Part shown: piece by piece, positions 11,501 to 23,500 of the stretch
Layout of the letters: each line of letters begins with the position of its first letter
How positions within the stretch are numbered: the stretch's first letter is position 1
From: Callorhinchus milii
Taxonomy: Eukaryota
Length of the DNA stretch: 64,000 bases
Assembly: GCF_018977255.1 (NCBI RefSeq)
Contig: NW_024704742.1
Coordinates: 30,940,001-31,004,000, forward strand
Direction of reading: 5' to 3'
Notes under the pieces: model-generated
Database searches by the model: none
Told to the model about the DNA's origin: nothing
The model's input: the letters and a program-made list of their open reading frames with translations, nothing else
Program-made: the position numbers and the translations under genes

Positions 11501-14500
11501 GAGGGAGACAGGATATGTAATGCCAATTGCGACTTTTCCAGCTCTCGTGAACAAATTCAGAGGATGTTATAAAATGGATTCTGCAACTGTGTTAACTTCA
11601 GGAAACAGGAGTGATAGGATACCCTTCTGGTTTGTTGGTGTGACAGGAAGATTGTATTTTTATGCTTGGTTGTGGAAACTTTCTCTCTTCCCGCGCCCCC
11701 CCCCCCACCCACTCACCACCACATTGTCCCCCACCAAGGGCTTGAGCTACTGGTGAAAGGATTTCCGCGTTTGTGCTTCTGTGAATGGAATGCTCGAATG
11801 TATTATCCACACCTTGTGAAACACTTGCATGCCGTGGCTTATTGCTCATTAAATGTTCTGAGAAATAATCACTCTTTGAGTCTCTGACTTGAGCATGGAC
11901 TGCGTGGTCAGCCAGGTACACACACATCTCTTCCGCTCAGCCGGTTTAGTACACGCACTTGCAACCTCTAACAAAAAGCCTTGCTCAATCAAAACAGAAC
12001 ACCTTGCAGAGGAAAAATTATAACGCTAAGAGTCTTCTTTTTCGTCAATTAGGTCAGAGTCCTAAAATTTTAAGAACTAAACCTGTTTTAGAACGAACAG
12101 ATACTCAAACCGTAGATGAATTTCTTCCAAGACGACTAAAGGGTAGGTGATGTTCAGCATGCTATGTTACGAAGGTTTCGAACTTGAACTAACCATTCTG
12201 TAGTCGTCCATGTTATATCAATAACCCTTCCATGATCATGTTAACGGTCTGTCAATCGGTAGTCTTTATCTCTGCTATCATTTCAGATTGGTTGGGGGTT
12301 TAGGTTTAGTTATACAATGTTTTGTTTAGTTACTGTACGTGCAGAAATGGATTTATCCGTTTAATGGGGCGTTAAATGATCACAAATGATTCTTTCTGAA
12401 TGTCCTGCCAGTATAAAATCTATGATGTTTGAAAATTAATTAAATGTACCTGTAAAATGCTTGCAAATTTATAAGCTCATTCACTTGCTCTTCTTTGTAA
12501 TTAAACAACAACATTTTCAACTTCGAAGTTCCATTTTAAGCTTCAAAACAGAGTTGATCAACCAAATGTTTAGCCATGATCTAGGTCTTCAATTTGATGT
12601 AGCTCATAAGAGATTTAGAAATGCTTTTAAATACATTGTGTGCAAACACTGTGTATAAACATTGTGCATTGCAACTTTGCTCTGGAGAGAACGCATGTAA
12701 AGTGGAATAGCAAAGTTTGCTTGCAGTGACCTCTACTGTTCAAATAAAAGTCTGTGGGAAAGCCATGGTCCATTGAAACATTGGTGGAGAATCTTGTTGT
12801 TGATATCAAATAAAGCCCATAAACGTTTATATACGTCTATGAAGAAAGCAATTCACACACAAAAAAAACAAAAAATTACCAATGAGATTGAGGGCGCACT
12901 GCTACTNAAAAAAAAACTTTATTTTGATTGTGTTCCTCAAATTCAATTTAAATTCCCCAATAGTACAGGATTTAAAAGAAAGAGCTGTGTATAATATAAC
13001 TGCACAAGGTTTTATGTTTCATGTGTAAATGAAAGGTTAATAGCAGTTAGAGAAGCAGATGCTGTTTATCCATAATTTGTTGCATTAAGATCGTATTGAA
13101 ACATTCTCCCTGGCGTTTAGGCAGCTTTATTCCAGTCGACACATGGGCAACAGTTCTGCAGGATCTTTTTTAGAATTTACACATTCTCAATATGCTTTTT
13201 ATATTAAAAAAAAATGAGTCATGCGTTTCAAAAACATATGGTCTGCATTCCTGAAAATCTGAAGTTAATGTTCAAATAGAGGTCGGAATCCAAGCTAAAG
13301 TTAAGGATTATACCAGGTCTTTAACTCCTCAGACTATCTGAGAATGGACTGTGGCTTCCGTCACTTGCCACAGGTTCCAATTCCAATTCATTGCCAGCCC
13401 GGGGGAGAAAAATACAATCATATGACCTGTATCAAGTATACTTAAAGTCAAAGCCTTGAGGTGATTAGTGAAGTGTATGTGTCAGAGCCAATAACACAAG
13501 TTGATATCATGCATTCTGTTTGTTACAAGGATGTGCACTATTTTAGTTGTAACCTTTTTTTTTAGAAATGTACGTATGATATTCTGTATCTGATACATAA
13601 GTGAAATTTGTCTCATGTTTTGCATGTATAAAGTCCACTGACTTGCACTTCTTCCACCACAGTTAAACCTGCTCCACTGGAAATAAAACCTCTGCCTGAA
13701 TTTGAGGAATTAGCTCCAGTCAGATCACCAGTGACCAAAACCTTTACCAGAGAGTAAGTTTCTTATCTGTTGCTTATTACTGACTCTTGTGGTGTTGAAT
13801 TTCTTGCTGATTGTATTTGTTTTTTTCAAATCAGTTTCAAATTCAAATTGATTCTAAATCTCCAACTATGTTCCGCTTGTCTTGTTCTACTTGGAAGTTT
13901 ACTGAATCGAGCGCGTTTAAACTGAAATGTAAATGACGAACAGAAAAAGGTGGCAAACCAGCTTTGTGCGGCCAAAGAAAACAAGATATTTTCTGTAACT
14001 TTGAACAACAGTTGTTGGCCTTTCAGCTTTTTGTCATAAATGAGTAGGCTAAGAAGAATCATGTTTTCAGTGCTCTGAGACTCCGGGTGAAGGTTGCTTT
14101 ATAAACGCAAATTGTTCTGTATAGATGGATCAAATTTCCCCGTGAGATGATTGACGGCATAATTGTAGTGACATTGAAACCTACACAAAGCTGCAGGCAC
14201 AAGACACCTGGCTGTGTTATCTAATACACTCAAGATTCCTATTCTGACTACACTATATTATGATGGAGTAGCACCATCTCAATGTCTCACATCCCAGGTG
14301 ACATCTCTCCAAACATCCTGCACCAAAGAATATATTCAGATCTCCTGATGCACATGCTGTTGGCTCCTGAACACAAGCCTCCCTTTCCCTTTCCGTTGGC
14401 TTATATGTTCTGTCCTCTTCGGGTCTGGAATCTAAAACGTTTTCTCATCACCTTGTATCAACCTCTTACTTTATAGAAGCCAGAACAATTTGTCATCCCG

Positions 14501-17500
14501 CATGTCTTAACAGGCCCAAATTCCACAAACTGTTCAAATTGATGTGCTCCAAACAGGCACAGTGTCTCAGTCACCGGTGGGATGATTTTCTTGCAGTTTC
14601 TCCTTTGATATTGAGCCTTTACTGTGTAGTGTCAGGAGCAGTGCTCCAGAGGGATTTGTACTCTCATTCCCCATCCATCCATATGTTTATACAGTGCACT
14701 TGGCAGTGAATTGCTGCAAAAAGTAGGTGATTTGCCACCAAACATGAAGGATAAATGGACTCTGGGAAGAGAACTGAAATGTTTTTAAACGCAAGTTTTT
14801 CCAATGAAAATGTAAACGTGCGTAGATGACCCTCCTAAATGACTTTCATTGCAGGCTGAAGGACTCCTTCATTGTTTCTGGGGCAGAGAGTTGTCAGTCG
14901 ACAACTTTTTCATACATCTCAAGTTTGTTACTATTAAAATTTGTAATTAACCAGCCGAGAGTGAGAAACTGATCCTCCCAATCGAGGTCTTTGTGCTCAG
15001 CGAAGACCAGCACTGCACATGTGTCTGATCTGGGGGTTGGGTTCCTATATTGCAGAGTGAAATTGACAGCCTTGTCATAACAAAACATTACCGCAGAAAG
15101 GTACTTTGTGGCTTTGCTTCATTTGCTTAGCAATGAATGTGTGTGTATCAGCTTGAAAAAATGCAATGTGTACAAGCCAGAGCTTGTTGTGCCATTCGAT
15201 GGGTGACTGTGTGTGCAGCGTTTTTACGCTGCCATGTGTTGAAACCAGCCTGACTTTGAAATGTTGAATTAATTGTTCTGCGAATCGATGGGAGATAATT
15301 TGATCCAAACCAACCAGATTTCATTTTAAAACAATGCTCCATAACAAACACCAGTTATTAACAAAGCAAAACTCAACAGGCATGGTAAGGTCCTCCATGT
15401 GCTTACTCATCATTCTTAGCAAAAATCAGTCCTCCACAGACAGAATACGTGATATCGACAGTGGGGGGGTTCAGCCCCTTGTGGCTGTAAACAGGGATAT
15501 AATGAGGATCTTTTAAGGACACCTGTCCCACTCACTCCGTGGCTGTTTGTGGGACACTGCTATGTGCAAACTGGCTTCCGCATTTCGCCCACAGTCAATC
15601 TATTTCACTGTGAAATGATTTGAGATGTCTCAACAATGTACAACAACAACTTGTTTTTACATAGCACCCTTCACGGAGGATTGCAACCCAGAGCACTTGT
15701 AGTAAGGCGCTATGTCAAATGCAAGGATTATTATTATTATTATTTAAACTTCAGGGAAGGCGAGTAAGGCTAAAGATCATTGCCAGGCGGAGGGAGAAGG
15801 ACAGAGAACACCAAGACCTTTTTAAAATGAGCTGAATTTACCTGGCCTTGATGTTTCCTTCTGTGGCTGCGTTCTACTCTCTATGCATTGGTTGGGTTTG
15901 TGGGAATGAGTGACATGAATCTTGCCCGAGAGACAGCCTTTCGGAGATGGATAACACATGCCACCCTGTGCCTTTCCCCCACACTAAAAGCCACATATGT
16001 GAAGTTTGGGTGAGCTCCAGTTGTCGAAACAATGCAATGAGTGGACAGATAACAGGGTTGACAAAGTGGCTTGTCAGGAAAGTGGCAACATAAAGGGCAC
16101 CCTGACATTATTAAATGTGCCTCGGGACATAAAGTGTGTCTCCTGGAGGGAATCTTGTGTACACCACAAGAACCCGCAAGAAATCTGCACTGAGGTGATC
16201 CTGATTCAGGGCCACAGTCACACAGGTCAGCCTGAACTTGCCGGAGGTGAACATTATGTCGTGAGGTGCTTTATCCAGGATCAAGCTGCCATCTACACTG
16301 CTGGTTCCCTGCTAAGCACTTTTTCAGCCCCAGTGGTACAAACGCCGTCAATCTGTAATCCCATCTCTGTTACTGAGAATAACAGAGAAGAATGCTTGAA
16401 TCTTGTGCTATTTTATTTACAAGCAACACCACATTAAACTACCCACCTGTTTACTTGTAATCCACACTTATTTCCTCATTCACAGTGGTGAGTTGCTTTG
16501 CAAAAAACCTTTTGGCTAATGTTTTATAGTTGATCTATGAGCCTGTATACCCCATGCTGAACATAAATGCCAGATGAGTTACAAATTGACTGCCACACAA
16601 TGCCTCCTTACTTCCAACAAGGCAAAGGGCTAAGCACTCTACTTCATCTCATACTATTGGGGCCCTCAGTGTTACAAAGATTTACAAAGAGTGTACAGTA
16701 CGGAAACAGGCCATGTGTCAACCTGCATATCTTACCCAAGTCTCCACCCATTCCTTACTCCCTCCCATATCCGTCTATTCCTCCCTCCCTCATGTGAAGG
16801 TCTAGCTTCCTCTTGAATGCATCTACACTGTCTGAGGTTAAGGAGCTGCACAATTATTGAACAGCGATCCTGTTCTAAGATGTTTCAGGTCTAGAAGATT
16901 AGACGCTGAGTAATAACAGATCCGCGAGGGGAAAAAAAATGTGCTCGCCTGGTTTCCTGACCATGAGCTTGACACTGATGTTGTTGTTGGCAGAGACTGT
17001 CTGTTTTCTCCCACACGTACGAAAGCTCAGCTGCCACCTCTCTAGGGAGCATTTCTCACACTAGAAACACTCGTGTAAGAGGTCGCAACTGTATACATGT
17101 GTGAGAAACCGGGCGGTCCACACCAGAAACAAATGTTTCACATATCCAGTAACTGATGGTAACTTTCCATTCCGCGACAAAGTAGCTAGTCATTATAGTT
17201 TACAGAAATCCTGTGTAGCACTTTGAGACGAACCTTCTGACATGAAAGATGCTACAATAAACTCCTGATAACTCAATCACTTAAGTCATCATTGCTGTCA
17301 ATGTCCCAACCGCATTTATTTATGTATTTATACATATGCCCAGTTCACCACTCCTGATAACGTGTCACTGAGCCCTTTTCCTTTGGAGTGACGAGTTATC
17401 AGGAGTATACTGCATAGTTTTGCCCACAAAATACAGTCAATTCACATTACGGTATATTCTGTGAAGCTCTTTGAGACGTCTCAAAGATGTGATGAGGAAC

Positions 17501-20500
17501 TTTATCAAATGCAAGGATTATTATCATTGTTACCAAATGTGAGGATTTTTAACAGTGGATCCACAATCTATCCAGTTTATAAGTAAGCTGGCGCTTTTAA
17601 CAGGTCACTTTATAATGTGGTGAGGGGGAAATATGCACCTCAAAGAAATAAAATCTGTTTCATGAACATTTGGATTATACAAGAAATGTGTTCAGCATTA
17701 TGCATTCATTGTGTAATGTTGGTGCCCTCTGCTTGCTGTGTTGTGACTCATTGTTTAATCTTTGGCTGCCATCAACATCATTGAATGCAACCCATTCAAC
17801 ATTAATACTGAGTGCAATCCATTCAACATCAATGAGTACAACGTGTTCAGTGTCAAAAAGTGAATGAGTAAATCCCACTGACAACCATTGTGTGTGTGTG
17901 TGTGTGTGTGTGGTGGGTGGGTGGTGGGAGGGGGGGTGGTGGTGGTAAACATGTTACCTTCCTGTTCTCTCCCTCTCGGTATTTGGTTTGGGCACACACT
18001 ACCTGCTGCTGTGGGTAGGTGGACAAGGGGGTCAAAGATGTAGGGTATGCAATAGGATCCGTAAATACTAAATCCTGACGTGAAGACCGGTTGCGTCACA
18101 CTGGCGTGCGTGAGGGAGCTCAGCTCCATTGTGCCTGTAAGGAAATCAGTATAATGCACACCTTTTAGAAGTAGGACTTAATATTCACAAATCCATTGTA
18201 AATTATGTTGCAAATGCTACATTGCAGACTCCTATTTGGCCACATGTCTAGGCCAATACTCTCCTGGAGTAAGGCTCACCCAGGAGCAACTAGTGATGAT
18301 ATAGGCTTTCCCTCCTCAGCCTGTTGGCAGAGAGAAGACTGCAAGTCCAGGCCCACAGAACCACTCTATGAGACAGTGTTTAGGTAAACTACTTGATGGG
18401 ACAATACTTAGGTACATCACTTACCAATAAAGAGATCTACAACACCAATAAAACTGGTCACTACAACATGGCTGTTTGTGGGACATTGCTGTGGGCAAAT
18501 TGACTGCCGCATTCACCTAAGGATACACAATCATCACACAGTAAAATCCCGTGAATCACTTTGAGACATCTCAATGATGTGATAAAGCGCATATCAAATG
18601 CGAAGATGATTTTTTTTAGAGTTAACGTTCCAATATTACTGTACGTGGCTCCACAAAATTATCCTGAGATTGAAAATTAAAGCGTTCTACCACTGAACAT
18701 ATTTCTTTCAAAATTGCCATTTGGAAATTTCACCTGGTGGATTTATGACCTCAGCATTGCCACATTTAATTGTTTGCAATTCATAATAGCGCAGGAGTTG
18801 CAAGACAATGCAGACATTGCTTTAATTTACATTTAAAGTTGAAATGTATCTCTATAATGTTCAGGTTTGATCACTGATTTAGTATATGGTGTAAATAAAA
18901 TACCCTATGAAGCATTGTGGTGGGAGGATTTCTTCCCATTTGTGGCACTGCCCATAACTCACACCCCAATCCTCTACCTGCCCCCTTCACTCAACCAGCT
19001 CCAGAATCCTTCAACTCCCTCATCCTCTTCGCTCCACCATCAGCAGCCATGCTTTCAGCCACAATGCCCTGAAATGCTGAAACTCCCTGTCTCAATCTTC
19101 CCATCTTGTACCTTCCTTGTCCAACTTCAGATCACGCTCGAAGACCACTTTGACCATGCCTACGGTCACCTTCCCTCTATCCCTGGCTTGACGCCAAACT
19201 ACATCACTATTAAGCACTCCGAGATGCGTCCCACATGAGGGGCACGAAATGTGCAAGTTGTTATTGTAATTCAAGCTGTAGAACCATTTATTAAGCAAAT
19301 CTTAGCCTGAGGCTTATTGTCATGTATCCTCTATTGATTGTCGTTCCCATGAAATATGATTCATACTTCACAAGACAGGATCACATCCTAATTTACCATA
19401 GCTATTTGCTTCCCTTTGAAAATCCATTTGAAGAGAATATTCGAAAGCTAAACCCAGTTCACACACTGGACTCATTGGCAATAGCATTGTCTTCTGCTGC
19501 ACTGTGAATAACCACAAACAGAAGCAGAGTCCATGTTGCATTACTCTATTACCTAATTTATTTTAGAATATGATGGCTAATATAATTTATATAGAGTGGG
19601 GCATAGAGTTAATCACGCATTATCAGCTCAGCCCCCTGATCAGAGATGTATCGGATTTGCCTTGTTTAGCATCTTCCAGGTAATCAAAAGTGTGAAATAA
19701 ATCAGATGCTCAGATCATCGCCGCCTCCAGAATCTGGTTCACATCTTCAAAAGCTGCATTTGTTTTAAATATGCCTGCAATAATGTGTGTGTATGTGGCT
19801 CTTCTTTTAGCTCCTAAAAATGATTACCTTTTGTTGGAGAGCAACATTAAATGTTGTCAGCTTGGCGCAGCGGTAGCACTCTCACCTCCTGAGTCAGAGG
19901 TTTGTGGGTTCAAGCCTTACATTGGGACTTGGAATCACATAATCTAAAGATGATACTCCAATACAGTACTGGGGTGGTGTTGCCTTGTTGAAGGTGCAGT
20001 CCTTTGGATGAGATGTTAAACTGAGGTGGATGGTTAAGATCCCATGGCACTACTTGAAAAGAGAAGGGCGTTCTCCCGGTGTCCTGGTGAAACATCCCGT
20101 AAAAAAATGTGGTCAACTGTTTGTGGGACGTTGCTGTCGTGCTCTCGCAGTATATCCTATGAAACGTCTCAGCGACGTAATAAGATGTTATATCAAATGC
20201 AAGGATTATTATAATATTGAAAGTAATTATTTTGACCTGTGTTTTTCCCCCCTTTTCCCCTCCAATAATCCCTAACAAGCAACCACTCCAGGTTTCCCAC
20301 CACTGCCCGACCCCCCTCAGTTCACAGCACTGCATCCAGCACTGATTCACACGACAGCGAGGATAACTACGTAGCCATGGACCCCAGTCTGTCCACAGAC
20401 GATCCCGTATGTAAACTTCTGATCCATTTTAATCTTGATTTATTTCTTGTAGGAATCTATGGATTAGAAAGAGAAAGAGAGAGAGAGAGACTAGGAATAA

Positions 20501-23500
20501 AATGCAGATCTAAAATAATACGATGCATCATAACTTAGATTTGCAGCAACAAGCCTTTGTAATCAACTTGAAGCAATAAGTCAATTTGATCCTTTCTGTC
20601 AACAAAAAGTTTACTTCCAAAACAAAACATTTCCTGTCCTGGAAATTCAGCATGCATTTTGACTGATCACTGTTTAACGCGCTTCAGTTTGAAATGTTTT
20701 TAAACGGCTCTCTATGCAAATGCTGTTCTTGAATCTTGGAGGTAAGTTATGTCCAGCAGAACAGTGTTCAGCTTCAAATAAGATTAAAATATTGAATTTT
20801 AGAAGGACTCCTCATCTATCTTTGAGCTCCCTTGTTTTGCTTGTATATCTTCATTCTTTCACGTTCTCTTCTTAGGATCTATCCTGGAAGCTTGCCTTAC
20901 TTTCCTCCTTATTCCTTTTAGGTCAATAATTGCATTCCTTTACTTTAACTTATCTTTCCCAATAATACCCTGTTTTATTAAATTGTATATTTTGCATTAC
21001 CTTCCACTCATCTCATTGCTTTCCTCCTCTCAGGATCTGCAAGACTATTCTCTCTACTGGGCAATTGTCTGTAGCTTGCTGCTTGCATTCTCTTTGTTCT
21101 CTGTTTACCATTTCCTTCCTTCCTTTTTCTCTTCATTGCTCCTTTTTTAGTGAAGAGTCCTTCTATTGTACTGTTCCTATTACACCTGTTGAACGGGAAG
21201 TATCGGGAAGAGACAGGACAGAAGAGGTGAGATTGGATGAGTTGGGGATGACTGCATTCTTCTCTATAAACAGCTCTTCTTCTGTAAGACAATATTTCTC
21301 ATGAAAAAGCTTCTTGACGTTTTGTCTTCGTAAGGTTTCATGTGTCATGTATTCAGCCCCATGTTGGATGCTCAGTAGATTTTACACTGTCCTATTACTG
21401 TCAGTGCACAGGGTGTCCACAAAGTCCTCTACCCCCCCCCCCCCCCCCACCACCCTCCTTTCCAAAACAGCAATATGAGACTCCTCAGAAAGCTGTCAAA
21501 GACCTCATTACTCCATCATGTTATGGAAAATGTCACAGGGAACATGGCGACAGATTATTATCTGCCATGAAAATGGCAGATACACACCAATCCTCTGGAC
21601 ATCTAAATACAGATAAACGCTTGCACTGAATACAATTAAGCACTTCTCAGTACAATTATCATTCTTCCACATGTTTCATTTATTGATCAGTGCACTCTAG
21701 AGAAAAAAAATGAGAAATAGGTCTTTGGGGGCACCCTGTACAGGTTTCCATTGATTCACCTTACCCATAGAGGACTGTTCCTGGTATCTATATTGCTTGT
21801 GAACTGGGCACTTAACAAGCAGAATCTGTATTGCAGTCAGTCTCATCTGATTTCACGCTGAGATGCATTTCCCCCCCCTACCCCCTCCATTCACATCTCA
21901 TTTTGAGGGACAGACATGACCCTAAAAATATTCTGAACTTTGAACCACATTCACATTGACCATTCAACCTAGGAGAGTAGGCTAATTCTGGACATGGTGG
22001 ATGGTTATGTAGAAGAGGGGATAGTTATGGAAAGACCTTTAAAATCCCTCTGAAATAACTTAATGTTTAACATTTGTGATGCATATTGAATTAATCTGTT
22101 AGATGTTCAACATTGGTGAATTTATCTCTTTGATTTTTGACTGCAGTGGTGTACATTAAACTAATCTCTTCATCAAAAGGTCCTTTTACCAATTCTCTTG
22201 ATTACCTTTTAGGAGAAAGAAGATTCTAATTCACTATAAATAATTTCAAAAGTTAACACATCATTTGCTAGATCTTTATATACAGGATATGAAAGTTCAT
22301 TTTCCAAAAACAGAATAATCTGTCGTATTTGCCAAGATTAAATTGCAACACCTATAGTGCAAATCTCTTCATAATATCATGGTAGAATTCTTAGCAAATG
22401 ATCTGCTTTAGGGGAGGAGAAATGGGATTTCCTATATAAAGAAAAGTTGAGAAAAGGGACAAGGGAGTAATGTGAATTCTCATTGCATGAATAGCGATAT
22501 AAATATTTTAATTCCAAGCTAAATCTTGCAAACTTAGTTATGGTAACTATTGATGTGCTGGATCTCTTTGTAGAATATAAAACCGGGAACTCTGTGTTAT
22601 GACGGGAGCAGCAGCTTAACCAAATCTAAAGGAGACAAACAGCAAGTGGAGTACTTGGATCTGGATCTAGACTCTGGGAAATCAACGCCGCCTCGAAAGG
22701 TACACTGCTACATGGTGAATTCTAGTGCAAAACAGGGTGTAAAGTTTGTGATGCGTCTTCATTGTTGCCGACATTAACTATCGACCATTAGGTCATAGTA
22801 CACCATCCTAGTCAGTTTTGTGTCCCTCTTCAGATTCAGTTGTCTGGCACTGTTTTGGTTTAGAAACAGAGATGACAGATGAACCCTGGTATCCTGTAAA
22901 TTTACAATACAAAATCGCTTCAAAATCTTTATATAAAAAAACAGATCTGAAAATGGACAAACCACTCCCCGGTGAAGCGGTGATGCCACATAGTGGTCAA
23001 TAACTTGTACTGGTAATGCTGTAGATATGGAACCCTGCAACCTGTTTTGGCTGGCCAACAAAATAAATATTCTTGGTTGAATGTTCCTAGATTTATGCTG
23101 CAAATTAAGAAATTTTCAATCAAGAAAAAACAGAAACACAATGTTGTTTTAAAACGGACTTAATTTTTTTTTAAATTGGTCCACTCCAAAAAACAAAACA
23201 ATAATAAATTGGTCATTTTCAATCCACGACTGTTTGTGAGACACTGCTGTGCGCAATTGGTTGCTGCTTTTTGCCCACAAATATACAGTCAATTCACTTT
23301 ACTGTATATTCTGTGAAGCGCTTTGAGACCGCTCGAAGACGTGATAAGGCGCTATATTAAATGCAAGAATTATTATTGTTGTTATTACCTAGACTAGTGC
23401 GAATGTTCCCACTTCCAGCCATGGGTTGGCCAGCACTGCTTCACCTGATAGTGTATCAAGAAATTTCTTCACAAATTATTATTTTTTTTTAAAAAAGTGA

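Noticed and set aside
12907..12907. Ambiguous base N (also at 26684)
   Set aside because: Sequencing ambiguity next to homopolymers; not biological.
17771..17850. Three imperfect 24-27-bp repeats (tcaacat...tga.tgcaa.ccat)
   Set aside because: Short, degenerate local duplication with no evident function.
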